64,000 bases of DNA from assembly GCA_031268675.1 (NCBI GenBank), contig JAIRWY010000055.1, positions 10,155 to 74,154 on the forward strand, in the 5' to 3' direction. Made by a program: the position numbers and the translations under genes. How positions within the stretch are numbered: position 1 is the stretch's first letter; every line of letters starts with the position of its first letter. The notes beneath the pieces were generated by a model, which was not told where the DNA came from, did no database searches, and worked only from the letters and a program-made list of their open reading frames with translations. This DNA comes from Candidatus Ancillula glyptotermitis. Lineage in GTDB: Bacteria; Actinomycetota; Actinomycetes; Actinomycetales; Bifidobacteriaceae. Below are positions 15,001-30,000 of this stretch, piece by piece.

Positions 15001-18000
15001 TTGGAGCAATTTCAGAAAAACATACAGATCTTCTTCCATACACAAGGGTAACAAACTCATATTCAACTGGAAATATTACAATTAACGATGCACTCACACC
15101 ATATTTCATTGCTGGCTTTATAGGTGCTGCTAAATATCAAAATGGAACGAAAATTGATGCATGTTTTTCAACGGGAACTGTACTTCTAAAAAGTGCTACG
15201 AGTGCAAGTGTAGTGGATTCTTATTCTGGTGCGTTCGTGGGTCCTTTTTGGAGTTACACAGCTGGTATTGATACATCAACATCTACTACTCCAACAGCAA
15301 CTCGTTCAGTTATTTCTAACTCTTATGCTACTGGTGATTTTATTGCGCCTAAGTTGACGACTGCTACTGCAATCGGCGGTTTAGTTGGGCATATTTCAAA
15401 TAGTGCAGATTTAATAAATTCGTTTTATTATGGTACAATTGTTGTTCCAGCAGATATGAATAAAGGTGGTGCTATAGGTGCTATAAATTCTGGAGAAGTG
15501 GCAACTGCCAGTGCTAGTAATTTTACAGGAGCAGATATTTCAGCTACTTATTATTTGAACAAGGCAGATTCTACTTTAACATATACTGCTGATGGTAATA
15601 ATTTAATCGCTAGTAATTTATATGGTATTACTAGTCATATAAGCACTGATCGCTATGGAGAAGACAATAATTATTCCGTTTTATATGAAAATGGTTTGTG
15701 GGATTCTTCTACTGGTTGTTTTGTATTAAATGCTACTACTGGATCTATAGCACGACATACTGAGTGTTCGATTAAACATGCTAATCTGCCAATTTCAAAA
15801 GCTCAGTTCAGAAGTTCAGCAACATTTATGTCAAACAGAATGGGTCAGACAAACAACGGAGGTACTTATTTTGGCTCCTACAACCTGCCGTGGGATTTCT
15901 CTTGGGATGCAGCAGATGCAACTAAAAAGCCCAAGTGGTTTATAAAAGATGGGCAGATGAATCATCCGCATCTTTGGTGGGAGTCCACTCACCCAGAACT
16001 TGCTACTTACGGTCAAGTTAATGCAGATTTCCAAGGGGTTTATGATTCTACTTCTCCAGAAGGTTATTATCCAGATGTTTTGAAGAAGAATATCACAGGA
16101 GAACTAGGAAATCAAACAACTTCTGTAAAATGCTTCGTTGATCCAGAAACTGGGAAAAAGCCAGTGGATGAAACATCTGTACCTGGTTGGACTGAAGACA
16201 ATCCTTGTCTTGTTTCCACGCAGAAGGAATTAGACGAAGTTCGTTATTTCACAGCAAGAATGGGGTCTGCTAAAGGTCCAAGTGCTGCAGAAATTCCTAT
16301 TACTGGGAATGCTGGTGTTCATTGGAAGTTGGCAAATGACATCAACTTGTGCGCGCCATCTGCAGTGGTTGTGCCAGAAAATGGAGCATCTGAGAATTGC
16401 CAAGGTGTGGATAAGGATCGCGGTTGGCTTCCAATTGGAGTTTCTTCGTGGGATAGTACCACTACTTATGTCACTAATCTTAGTGCAACTCTTTCTTTTG
16501 CCAAGTTTGATGGCGGTAAGCACACTGTTTCTGGTTTATGGATTGACCGTCAAAATCATGATGCAGTAGAAGTTAACAGCCTTAATTATGCGAAGAATAC
16601 TGACACTTCTCAAGTGGAAATAACGAATAAGTTAACTACAGGTCTTTTTGGTTCACTTCCACTAAGTAGTTCGCAAGGTGCTGCTTCTAGTACTCATATC
16701 CTACAAGACCTCGCTGTTTCAGTTGCTGCAAAGGGCATAATCTCATATACAGCAGCGGGTGCTTTAGCAGGTCAAGTGTCGCGGTTCTCCCTGAGCGGTG
16801 CATCTTCTGAAAATCCGCTGGTGTTTGATATTGGCGGACCTATAACCACGAACACCCAAGACGGAACTGGTGCAGTTATCGGCATGACTGGTACGAACAA
16901 CGGTGATTTAGACCAGAGTCTAGCAAGCGTGGTCAAGGATGTGAAAGTGGACATCAAGAAGCGTATTCTGGCTCTTAAAGGCATAGGAGGCTTTGCAGGA
17001 AGAGCATGTGGAGTGACAATTGATGGCTTGAAAGTTACTAATGTTGGTTATCCTAGTGTTGCTGGGCGAGAAGACTATACAACAACTTCCCTAAAACCAG
17101 GTGAAGCAAATTGGGGTGAACATTCTGTGAAACCTGTACTAGTTTCAACTATTGGTGATAATACGCAGGTTGTTGGTGGAATTGTTGGAAGATATGAAGT
17201 GTCAACTACTGCAACTGCTGGTTATCAGAATACTTGGAAAAACATTGAGTTTGATGGAAAAATACTCTATAATAAGGCTAGTTCTACTACTGGTTCTCTT
17301 GAAGTTGGCGGTATTGCTGGTAATATTTCTAATCCAAATCTTCTGATTGACAATGTGGTGACTAAGGGCGAAATTAAGACATATTCTACAACTGAAGGTA
17401 GTGTTGGAAAAAATCTTGGTGGAATTATTGGGCAAGGAAATTACGATAATGTTGCAAATAGTAAAAATAGAGGAATTATAGTACAAAATTCTGGAAATAT
17501 GATGAACATCTTGAGAGCATCAAACGATAGTAGTGCGATAATTGATGCAAGAGCATCGTATGTGGGCGGAATTATTGGTAACTTTAATTATGCAGGAGGT
17601 ACTACTCTTGGATCCACTGGTGGTGTGCTGATTAAGAATTGTTTCAACACAGGATATTTACAAGGTACAGAAAATGTTGGCGGTATTATTTCTAGTATGG
17701 CTAATAATGGTACAACTGATCTAATTCTTTCTAATCAAAAATTGTATACGGTTCAAGGAAGTGTAAACTACGGAACGGTTGAAGCAGCCGCATCTGCAAG
17801 TAATACTGATACTAGCTCTGCGGATGGAAATGGAGCACATCAAAGGGCTGGTGGAATTACATCAGTATTTGCTTCATCTACTGCAGGTGCTAATGGTCTT
17901 TCAGAGATTACAGATTCGTATAATGCTGGTGAGATAATTGGTGTTACTGGAGGTCATGCTAATAGTAGTGCTATAACCGCACAAATTGGACAAGCAATTT

Positions 18001-21000
18001 CTTATACAAATTCTGGTAATACCAATGTGCAGAAGATTTCCAGGTTCTTTGGAATTGGGCAAATGCTAGGACACAATAATCTAAGTAATGCATCAGCTAG
18101 ATATTGGTCTTCTATTGCTGGAACTAATGCGGGTACTGCAAGTAGTGGTGATAAGTTACTATTTGATGGTGTTTTTGAAACTGATAAGCAAACAACTGGA
18201 AGCTGTGATGCTGTTGATTCTACACTTGTATACGGGACGCGATCGATAAATAAATGCGGATATAGTGTTGCTTCAGATGCGGCGGATTATGGTATAAGTG
18301 GAAGCACAAACAACAAAATTAATGCTGCTGGTAATTATAAGAGCCTCCTAAATGACAACATCAGCGGTGTTGTGCCAGATGCGTTGATGAAGACGAGCAG
18401 TTTTTATAAAGCAGCAGGTTATGACTTCAACTTCAAGTTTGATGATCCTGCATATCGACCAACATGGGTAATGCCTGCAGAAGGTCAAGGTTATCCACGC
18501 CTTGCATGGGAAGGTTCTGGTGTTTCAAGCAACCTTGGAAATCTTGCTGTAATGACGCGAGTGCTAGGAAATGCAGATGCAGCAGCGGCGTTCGTTGCCA
18601 AGTTCAAGTTCCACGGAGATGCGGGAGTTACTTCTGCCTCAGATTTTGCTAGTCCTGCAGATTTCAAGCCAAGTTTCTTGAGAAGTGGCACTTACCGAGT
18701 TGAAACCACCACAGATGATGGTCAAGGCGGTGAAACAACAGAAGTTACTGGAACTGGCGGAAATGGAACTTCGCAGAATCCATTTGAAGTTGCAAATGTT
18801 GTAGATTTAGATCATATGCGGTATTTCACAGGTACAATCAACAGCGGTGCTCATTTCAAACTAACTGCAGATATTGATACAACTGCAAATGGAGTGCTAG
18901 AAAATGCAGATGATGACACTGTGGCTGGTCTGGACGCTTTGAGCACATATAACAGCTACTTGGATTTTGCTACCGCAGATCTTGGTCCTCTCGCGGTCTC
19001 GCTGTTTTATGGGCATCTTGATGGTATCAAGGACCCGAATACACCACAACTTGGCAAGTACAAGATTACCTTCAAACAAGTGCGAAAAGCGGATACTACG
19101 GCTGTTTATAAGAATGCAATCAAGAGAAATCTTAATCCACGTCTGGTTGAAGGTCTATTTGGCGCGGTTGCGGTGGGAGCATCTATTTCCAATATAGATT
19201 TAGACGCGAAAATTGAAGATGATGGATATTTTGTTGTTGCTCCGAAGAACACTATTAGCAATACGTATGATAGTGTTGGTGCATTAGTCGGAACTATTGG
19301 TAAATCAGTGGCAGTGGATAGCAATGCGGAAGCAACTAGTGGAAATATTACAATTAGCGGTGTGTCTGCAAAAGTTGATATCAATTCTTCTAGGGCAGTT
19401 GTTGGCGGGCTCGTGGGAAGAACATCATCTGGCGGTGTTAAGTTTACACTAGAAGATTCATTTGTTTCTGGTTCGGTCATAAACAAGGGGTACAAGGATG
19501 ATCCTGTGTATGCATCAGATATGAGATGTCTTGCTGGTGGTGTAATTGGGCAGATGGTAGGTAAACAGATTGCTGAAATCACAACTTCTGGCTTTGATGA
19601 TGAGGCAAATGGCGAGGTTGGTTGTAAGACTGGAACAGATTATGTTGCGAACTTTAGTAGACTAGGAGCTGGTGGATTTGTGGGATCTATTGAACCTGGC
19701 GCAGTTGCTGGTTTTGATATACAACTAAAGCGCAATTTTGCAACTGCAAAGGAAATTACAGCACCTTTTTCACTTGGTGGTTTTGTTGGAGCTGTTTATG
19801 CTCCGACTGCAGTAGGCACTCTTTCAGTAGTTGAAAATTATTCTGGCAAAAAAGTAACTTCCACTTCGCATCAGGAAACGAACGGCACAACGTTGAAGGT
19901 TTGGGGTAACGGTCAGCAGAATACAGGTCCTGGAATTGGTGGTTTTGCTGGAGTATTTAGTTTTGGAAGTCTAAAGTATAACTATTCTAATTTAGGCAAA
20001 ATAGAGTCTCAAGTGCTACAAGCTAATAATACAGCAAATACTTCTGCAACGCCAACTAAAACTTGGTGGGCATCAACTGGTGGATTCGTGGGCGCTTTAA
20101 ATTCGACTACATCTTATATAACAAATGTTGAAAATAACTATTCGTTGACAAAAGAAGTTGAAACAGCAGTGTATGGCACTAAGACGAACTCTGGCGTTAA
20201 TGTGGGTACTGAAACATCATTTGCAGCAGGTTTTGCTGGTATAGTCGGTTCTGGTGCAGGTTTTGCTGGTGGAACAGTTGCGAATAATTATACTACAAGT
20301 GTGACAAAGGTGAAGACTATGGTTGATAATGCAGTAATTCCTGGTGCGCCTGTATTTGGTTGCTATTATAGCTGTTATAGTACTTCGGATGATACTGCAT
20401 CTGAAAGTGTCTACCCAAGTGTTGATTTAGTTCATGACAATGTGGGATATTATGATGATACTGTTACTCCTAATCTCAATAGCAAGACCCAAAAGCCTAG
20501 TAATACTGAGACTCCTGATATTGACAGCTTAAAGCCTGTAGTTGGAAGTAAAGTTGTCCGCATAGCATACCGAAAACTTGATGAAATGCAAAGAACTGAC
20601 ACATATATTATCTTGAACTACAAATTTGGTGCTTTGCTTGCAGGAACTTCCTCATCTCCATGGCAGAAGAATGATGGATTTAACCAGAACTTGCCGTACC
20701 TCTACTGGCAAGATCTGGGGAATTTCAAGCCAGTTAGTTGCAGAGGCATTTCTTTTGAGCAGTTCAAAGAATTTTATCCAGGTTTGATTGCAGGAACAGA
20801 AGGAGAATCACCGCAGAGGATGGCATATGAGAACTGGGAAAGACAAACTGCGGTGCCTGGAGAATCTTGGAAAAATCCGTGCGTTGTGGAGACTATTGCG
20901 GACTTGAACGTGATGAAACTCTACACAGGTGTTCAATCTGCAAAGAAATGGAAGTTGATGAGTGATATCAACATCGGTTCTGAGGTCTGGCAATCAATTG

Positions 21001-24000
21001 GAGATTACCACAATTCTTCAGAGTCTAGTTTCTGGGGCGATTTTGACGGTTGCAAGGTGTGGAAAGTGCTTCCAGATGATGATGGTATTACGGATCCAGA
21101 GTGTGTAGATTCTGATGGCAATACAGATGAGAACCAGGCAAAGCGCTATACTATTTCAGATCTTACCATCAAGAATACACTAATTCCTGGAATTGGCTTG
21201 TTCGGAAGTGTGTATAATTCTAAACTCACCAACTTTAATGTGACTGTGAAGGATTTCAGAGCAACTAAAGCAAGAGCTGGTATTGTGGTTGGAAGAGCGG
21301 CAGGATTGCAAGCCAAAAACATCAGCGTCAAACTAGCAGCTGATTATAATCCAGAAGTAAATGATGTTTCTTGTACTCTTAATGATGGTGTTAAGCAGTC
21401 GAAGCTAAGTGCTGATACTACTACTGCTTATTGCGGTGGATTTTTGGGAAGCGTGATTTATGGTAGTAGTAACCGTCATATTAAGACTAGTATAAGTAAT
21501 ATTCAACTCGGAACTGATACTGCAAAAATACCACTGAATTACCCAATTGACCAAAGCGTTGAAGGCATCGGCGGTTTTATTGGAACTATTCAAGCTAAGA
21601 CTAGTGATAGTGTAGATATTGATAGTGTAGATGTATATGCAGATGTTAAATTTGGAACTTCATTAACGGATGGTTATAAACGTATTGGAGGATTCGTTGG
21701 ACAGGCTTATGGAGCGGTCAATATTAACAACTCTCATCACGTAGGAGAGGTAAAGGGATCAGAAAATGTTGGAGGATTTGCTGGAATGCTAACTGCGGAT
21801 GCATTTTCAAGTGGCGATGGTGCTGGCGCTCCAAAGATAACAAATTCTTCGCATATCGGTAATGTTAATATGGCAAATGGAGGTGGTGGATTTGCTGGAT
21901 CTTTCAGAGGGTCAACTGCAAATTCGGTAGTTATTGACAATTGCAAGAGTGAAAATAGCCAAGTTGTTGTGAATGCACTTTATAAAGACATTGGTGTTGG
22001 CGGATTTGTTGGAAATGCAAACTTTGCGGAAATTAAGAATTCACATGCAAACAACATTCAAATTAAAGTTACTAGTAATCGGTTGATTCCAACAAGTGGC
22101 GCATATCGGTATAGCATTGGTGGTTTTGCTGGGATTATGGGCGTTAATAATTATACTTATACCACTTATCCTGATGGTGATACTGGCGTAGTTGTTAATT
22201 CTGGTGAAGTTAATATAATCGGTTCATCTTCGTCTGGTTCAATTTCGGCTATTGACAATTTAGCAGGTCCGATTGGTTTAGATTATATTAGTACAACTGA
22301 TAACTCAAATACATGTGTAGTTGGTGCTAAAGATGCAAATGGCAAGTATACATATACTTGTACAATTGGCACTACTGCTGTAACTGGTAATTATATTCCA
22401 ATGCTTACCGAAGGTGGTTTTGTCGGGTATTGGAGTGCACCAGCAGGTTCTATTATGGATAGTTACACGACAACTGATGTTACTCACAATGCTGGACTTG
22501 TGAACACTAGTTATAACACATTTACACTTGGCTCTTTAGTTTATCTTTATGATTCAGTTGGTGGTTTTGCTGGTCAGATTAGATGGGCAGCTGTTTCTGA
22601 TAGTAATCTGAAAAAATCCGAGAGTCCAGATACTTTAATAATTGAGAATTCCTCTGCATCTGGAACGGTTAATGGCTCTAACCAGAGTATTGTTGAAAGT
22701 GGATTTGTCGGTTTTATGTTTAAGGCATCAGATGCAGTTCCTACCTCAGGCAAAGCAATTGATATTAGCCATGTCTTTACCTCTTCACCTCTTGGTAATA
22801 CTGGTAAATATTCCTCGCATTTGGTTGCTGTCACGGATTTAAGGTATGAAAAAGCGTCTGGAGATCCATACTCTCAATTTAGAGATTCTTTATATACTGC
22901 TGATGTAAATGACACTAAAAATGTTGTTTCTGCAACTTATAATAATAATAATACAACAGCAAATAATTGTACAAGCAGTACTTATGGCTATGTTGCTGCA
23001 ACTGGCATGGTTGACAAGGATAGTGGAGCGCTTGATGAAACTACTACTAATCTGCAAAGAACTGGTGATATTAACCAAGGTAGTGCTGTATGCACCAGAG
23101 TCATTGGAGGCGTTCTTAACAACCACGGTGTAACTGCAGATGAGTTAAGGTCTGGAACTCCTTTGCAAGCACTTAACTGGGACACTTCTTATTCACTCGC
23201 GGATGCTGAAAATGCAAGCAATGTGGAAAAAATGCCAACATGGTATATTGACCCCACATTTGCATCTATTCCAAAACCGTCTGCGGCTCTAACTAGCGAA
23301 GAAAAAGCAGCTATCACAGCAGAGAATGCTACTTCTGCGGTAAATCCACTTAAGGGCGTGCATGAAGTTGCAGATATTGACGGAAATGGTAATGCAGGTT
23401 ATGAAATCAGAGACCTCCAAGAACTTTCCAATTTGCGCTACTTCTTGAACGACAAAGAGCCGAATCAAAATAAGAAGTTCAAGCTTTCAACTGATTTTGA
23501 CCAAAACAAGGGAAGAACTGCAGGTGATGTGAACGCATGGATTAACTCGTTCCCAGAAAGTTCTGTGGCTAGGACTATTGGCTGGTCCCCAATTGGAGCG
23601 GGAGGAACTCAAAACAACCTCTCAATGACTAGTTGTTCGCCAACTCCAGGTGCCGCAGTTGCTGCTAATGCTGCTTGTTTTGCAAATGACCTAGAGGGTA
23701 ATGCTTCCACCAAGTTGAAGGACAAGGCGTTTTCAGGTTCAGTTGATTTTGCAGGCAAAAGTTTAACCAACTTCTGGCTAGAGCGTCCGATTCTGCGAGA
23801 TTTTGCATGGCTCAAAGTTGGCAATAACTACCAAGGTCTATTTGGTGCAACTCTTGGAGGTGCATTCTCTAATCTGGACTTGACGCTCAAAGAGGCAGAT
23901 ACAACTGGTCATCATGGTGGTGTTCGCGGTGGTTCAAATACAGGTGCATTTGCGGGCGCGATGGTGCATCCAGAATCTATCACAAATATCCACATCAAGG

Positions 24001-27000
24001 AGTCTACATCTGCTCTTGGGAGCGAGAAGTTAGCACGGCTCGCGGGAGTTGTGGGCGGTTTTGCGGAAGTCAAGAACACGGGTAGTGATGAGTATGACAT
24101 GGCACTTTCTAGTGCGCAGGATTCGGCTAATAGCACTGCACTTTCATATGGAGTTGGAGGATTAACAGGTAGTTTATTTGGAGATGGTGCAAAACCAACT
24201 GTTCTAAATGGCATCAAGTCTGATGTTAGTGTATATGCACCATCTGGAGATAGAGTTGCAGGTCTTGTTGGTGCTGGATTCTCTATGGTCATGGGTAGTG
24301 CGAATTCTGATGCAAATACAGGTGATCCAACTGATTCTGTAATCATCAACAGCGGTAAATCTTCAAGTATCACAGTTACTGGTGAGCGCTCTATTGGCGG
24401 TGTGCTTGGCTGGGGCGGTGGAGTCACCAATATGCAAGGCGTTGTTTCAAATGTGAAGATAAATAGCTCGATGCAGGAATACACAGCTGTAAATATGGCA
24501 AAAGTAACTGGCAGAGGCGGATCTGGCGGACTAGTTGGTGCATTAGACTACTCTCCTGTTGGTGCTGCTTGTAAGACTGTTGAAGATGAAACTCCAGACT
24601 GTGTGAACAACCAGATAGCCCTAATTAGTAGAGATGACAAGGATCTTGAAGTTCCAGATTCAAATGGTTTCTTCATCACCAATTCAAAAACAACTGGTGC
24701 TATTACAGGTGCAGAAAGTGCTGGAGGTTTAGTTGGTTATTCTAATTCAGGAGAAGCGCAGAGTGTGATTATAAAAGGTTCTGTGGCTTCTGGAGATGTT
24801 TCATATGACAACGAAAAGCGAGCAGGCATATCTGGTGTGGCTCCGCAGAATATATCCTTAGGCGGTTTAATTGGTGCGGTTTTCCATACATCAAGATCTG
24901 CTGGCGATGATGACAATTCCACGAGTTCTGGTTTAGTGACTATTTCAGATTCAGAAGCTTCAGGAAATGTTATAGTTACAAATAGACAAGCTTTTGTTGC
25001 TACTTCTTATGCTTTCACTGGTGGATTTATTGGTGAAGTTGGAAAACGAAATACTTCTTATACAGCAAATACTGGATTAAAAAACTTGAGCATTTTGAAC
25101 TCCACTGCTAAAGGAGATGTTATATATACTGATACGGTAACTGCCAACAAGACATTTGCAACTGGTACAAGTACTTATACTTCAAATGAATGGAAAGCAT
25201 CTGGCGGTTTTATCGGGGCTATTTTACTAGGCAATAGCGTACATATTGCTGATAATAAAGCTCAAGGCAGTGTTTCTTCTGATATGGGCTATGTGGGTGG
25301 ATTCATCGGATATATCAACTCTAGGACTCAAGTTGCTGGTTCTGAGATACTAGTTGAGCGAAATTATGCTGGAAGTAGACCTTCTGAAGATGGGCGTGGA
25401 GAAAATACAGTTACTGGTTGGTATGCTGTGGGTGGATTTATCGGTGCGGCTATTGCAAAAACAACTGCAAACTTGAGCAATGTAACACTAACTCAGAACT
25501 ATTCAAACGTGAAGTATGTATACCAGACACTAGCAGCAACCGCAGCTATTGGCAATACACTTAAAGCATCTGGGGGTTTTGTGGGTCTTGCAATAAGTGA
25601 GAATTCGGCTAATAATCCACAGTTGAATATAACGGACAGTTATACAACTGCTAATGTCTTTGCTGCGGCTTCAAATACTTCTGCTATTGGTAACTATGTG
25701 GGTGGATTCATCGGAAGAGCAAGTAATACTAGTATATCTTCAGCGCTAACTAATGGTATTTCTGCTAGTGGTATGACTGGTAGTAAAAATAATGGTTCAC
25801 TTGTTACTCGTATATATGCTAGTGGTTGGGTTAGAGAAAGAATGACTGCAGATAATGTTACTAATTTTGCAATCACAGATTTAGGTGCTCCAGCTCAAAA
25901 TACAGGAATTGCAGGTAATACATTCTACGGTAATGACTACTTCACTCCAACTGATGGTTATTCAAATATGATGGTTTATGACTCTGCACGCAATTCACTG
26001 ACCTCCGATAATAGAGCCAATGCTGTGCAAACTCATAATGGAATAAACAACGGTGTTAGCACGCCTATAGCAAGTGCTTCAAAGGCAGATCCTGGTCATG
26101 CAATGTATTTACGTACACGAGCAAACTTCAGGAACTTTGACTTCACCACAAAGCCTGGAATTTCTGGCACATGGAAGATTATGCAAAACGGTATTACCAA
26201 CGCAAATGGAACTAGTACACTTACAGATCATTATAATAACTTCGGCATGCCTATGCTCGGATGGCAAAAATCTGGTGAAACTTATACTTGTAGATCTGAA
26301 TATGATACTATAACAACTGGGCTTGATGAGGATCATATCACCAAGATTACTATTGAAACTAGGGATATAGATGAAGCATCTCATGCAGTAAAAGGTTCTG
26401 CTCAAAATCCTTGTCTTGTTGGAGATCCGTATGAATTAGACAACGTCCGCTATTTTACAGGTAATCCAGATATCAACTTCAAAGTTGACCGTGATATTGA
26501 CTTGAGCGGGTATTTAGCAGTGCGTGCAGGAGCTACTTGGAATGCTCAAGATGCAAAATTTGAAGGCGGTAAATATACTACAACCACTAGTGGTAGAGAT
26601 GCATTCAAAGCAGCAAGTGGAACCACTGAGGGCTGGCATCCAATTGGAACTAACGAATCCACATCTGAGAAGAACTCCACCAGATTCCGCGGGCATTTTG
26701 ACGGAGGCGGTTTCAATATTACAGGTTTCTGGGTGAACCAGACCGTTCTTGGTGATGTAACCGATCCAGTTGCGGCAAGTCTGGTGACTCCTATAAGTGA
26801 GCAAGTTTCTTCAGTTGGTCTTTTTGGCGCTGCTCAAGATGCTGAATTTAAGAACATCTCAATTGAACTATACCGCCCTGAAACTTTTGGGGAATATACA
26901 TCACATTCTGTATGTACTGCTGGAAGTGATGTTACATCTGGCGGTGAACACGAGTCTCCAATAGTTGAGTGTTTTGCAGGTGCTGTTAGTGCTGGTTCTA

Positions 27001-30000
27001 GGTATGGTATTGGTGAAGGAAATATGAATGTTGGTTCTCTAGTTGGTGCATTATATGCTGGAACCACGCCATCTGTCATCAAGAATGTGCATGTGCACTC
27101 AAAAGATCCGCGTTCATATGTGGGCCTTTATGGAGCAGCGAATGCAGCAGGCGGAGGTTTAATTGGCTATCTTGAAGGTAATACAACTGTTTCCCAGTCC
27201 TCTTCAGATGCAAAAGTTCAAGAATTTGAAGGTGCTGAGAATGCTAGTTCTAGTGTAGGTGGTTTTATTGGTCATCTACCTGCCTCAAGTGTCAACGCTT
27301 TGACTAAAAACAACACCGTTATTTCCGAGAACTATGTAACTGGTTCTGTAACATCTAAATCTAAAGGAGTCGTTTCACTGGGCGGATTTATCGGCAAGAT
27401 TGGTATTTCTGCTGCTGGTTCTGCTGAAACTGCTACCACTCCAACTATTGGCGGAGCAACTGGCAAGATTAACAACAACTATGTAGTTTCTGATCTTTAT
27501 CCTAGTTGTAGTGGCGAATGCGATTATACTGGTGGATTTGCAGGCCTTGTATATCCAGCATCTCTTAAAGATTCAACTGCAACTTTGGAGATCAACCAGA
27601 ATGCTTCATATTCTAAGATTTTCACGCCTGGAGGTACTGATGAACTTCATAGTGGTGCATTTATGTGGGAGACAGCAAATTCTAACCCAGATGATGCTAC
27701 AAAACGAAGAGTTGCTATAAGCGGCAACTTTGCTATTAAGAGCGAGGATGTGAATGCTGGACTTCCTGTTTGGGGAGACACGTATGCGAAGATGGATCCA
27801 AAACCAGCTGGAGGAACTGCCGACGACCCTTATGCGAAGACTTTCGACAACGGTATTGTTGGACTATCAGAAGCAGAACTCAAGACTTTCAACATCTTGT
27901 CTGACTACAACTGGGATGTTTCTTGGACCTTGAATGGCTACGGTGGCACTGCAACTGCCACACATCCGAACTGGTATGCAGACCTCACTAGACATGCATA
28001 CCCTATGCTTGGATGGCAAGTGGATAGAGCATCTGGAGACGAACAGTACTCTTCTTGGTCTTCTGTGGGCACTTCTGAGCAGAAGAATCGCTACAACTCG
28101 GAAAATTGGGGTGTTCCTAGTACTCTCAGCACTAATCTAGCACATGATCCTAATATGTACAAGTTGGACTTGCGAGGAACTGGGACTGTTGATGATCCGT
28201 TCTTGATTTATACAGCAAAAGACCTCAACGCACTACATCTGCTTACCAAGAACCTTGGCGTAAACTACAAGCTTGCAAATAACTTGGACGTTACTGATTA
28301 TATGAAGAATGATATGGCAGATGACGGCGGTGGATTTGAACCAATTGGCGGTATGATGAGCGAGCAAACTGCATTTGCAGGTTCATTTGACGGCGGTGGT
28401 TATACTTTGAACGGCATCTGGATGAACTGGCCGAACTCCAAATATGCAGGTCTTTTTGGCAACGTGGTCACTGGATCTGAGATCAAGAACCTAAATCTTG
28501 TACTTGATGATAGCAAGGGCGGAATCGTTGGGGGAACTTATGTGGGCGGTATTATCGGAAGCTCTCAAAAAAGCGATAAGCTCTATTCGCAGAACTTTAG
28601 TTATAAAAATGCTGCTCAGACATTTACTGCTCCTGAATCTGGAGATTACTCTTTAGAAGTTTGGGGCGCTCAGGGGGGACCTTCTTATACTTTGCCTTCA
28701 GGTTCTTGTACTACTAGTAGTGTTGTAACATCGGCTAGTTTGGGTGGTAATGGTGGTTATGCAAAAGGTAAAATACATTTAACTGCTGGTCAAAACCTTT
28801 ATGTGTATACTGGTCAAAACCCTACTGCTAGAGCCACTTCAACAACATTTAATGGTGGTGCACGATCGGCGGAAGATTGGACTTGTGGCAAAAAAGGCGG
28901 TGGAGCTGGCGGTGGAGCAAGCGATATTCGAGTTGACAATTCTGTTTGGAACTCAACTACTGCTAATAAGGGGCTATATTCAAGAATTATCGTTGCTGGC
29001 GGTGGCGGTGGTCATGCATCAGATGCTTCTCCTGTTGGTGGTGTTGGTGGTGGTACTAGCGGTGGTGCTGGTGGTGATTATAATAGTAATTATTATGCAG
29101 GTAGAGGCGGTAGTCAAACTGGTGGCGGACAGTTCGGTTATAGTACTTCAAGTATAGCTGATTCAGCTGGTAATTATGGCACATTTGGTATTGGTGGTAT
29201 GGCATGTGACAAAGATGATGCAAATTATTATGGTTATACGTGTCCCGCGGCAACGTCAACATATTTTGGCGGTGGCGGTGGCGGTGGCTGGTATGGTGGC
29301 GGTGGCGGTGCTTCTTATGGTGATTCTACTGGTGGTGGTGGTGGTTCAGGCTATGTTCTGACTAATACTTCAAACAAGCCAACAACAGGCTACTTATCAA
29401 ACTGGCAAGATTATCAACTTACTGATCCTGTACTTACTGATGGTGCAAATAGTATGCCAAATACTGCTGGCACTGGAAATGAAACTGGACATGCGGGCAA
29501 TGGTGCTGCTAGAATTATCCAACTTTCAGCAGATGCTGTTAGAAAGACCACAGTTTCAAATTCATCTGTAAAAGGAAAAGTAGGCCAAGTTAATGGAAGT
29601 GGAATTGTCACTAGTGATGTTGGAGTTGGTGGATTTGCAGGTCAGGTAATTGGTGATATTAAAATTACTAATTCATGGACTTCTGGCTCTGTTTCTTCTC
29701 AAAACACTTCTTCTTCTTCTTCTTCTTCTGACGCTATTAAAGTTGGAGTTGGTGGATTTGCTGGTATTGTTCGAGATGGAAGTTCTAGCATTTCATCATC
29801 ATATTCACTTTCAAGTGTTTATGCACCAAATTCTTTGAACGTGGGTGGATTTGCTGGTATAATAAATCCTGCTGGAGATAAAACTACTGCAACTTTCAAT
29901 AGTATTGATATTAGCAAGACATTTGCAAACGGATCTGTTGAAGGAAGTAACCGAACTGGTGGATTCGTTGGCTATCTGCCAAAACGAGATGAGAGTAATT

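Noticed and set aside
23912-24484. Longest ORF in the supplied track (190 aa, - strand). A similar one lies at 19,106-19,582 (158 aa, - strand).
   Set aside because: Both are antisense to the continuous + frame. Their Pro/Thr/Ser/Ala-rich, low-complexity translations are what the reverse complement of Gly/Ser/Thr/Ala-rich GLUG coding sequence yields. They have no recognisable motifs or independent signals.
28801-29157. + strand ORFs of 60-118 aa, e.g. 28,801-29,157, 10,414-10,752, 30,226-30,540 and 9,919-10,230.
   Set aside because: All are in frame +1 (one is in +2), so they are shifted readings of the giant frame +3. The translations are Leu/Val-rich nonsense such as 'LLLVVLVVVLAVVLVV'. 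The bias of 38 out of 39 in a single off-frame is a codon-periodicity artefact of the real frame.
28584-29530. The glycine-rich stretch read as RTX Ca-binding repeats, collagen-like repeats, a PE-PGRS-like region or plain low complexity.
   Set aside because: It has no GGxGxD nonapeptide periodicity and no G-x-y triplet periodicity. The Gly runs are embedded in an ordered, non-repeating scaffold that matches the ALK/LTK-type glycine-rich domain layout instead.
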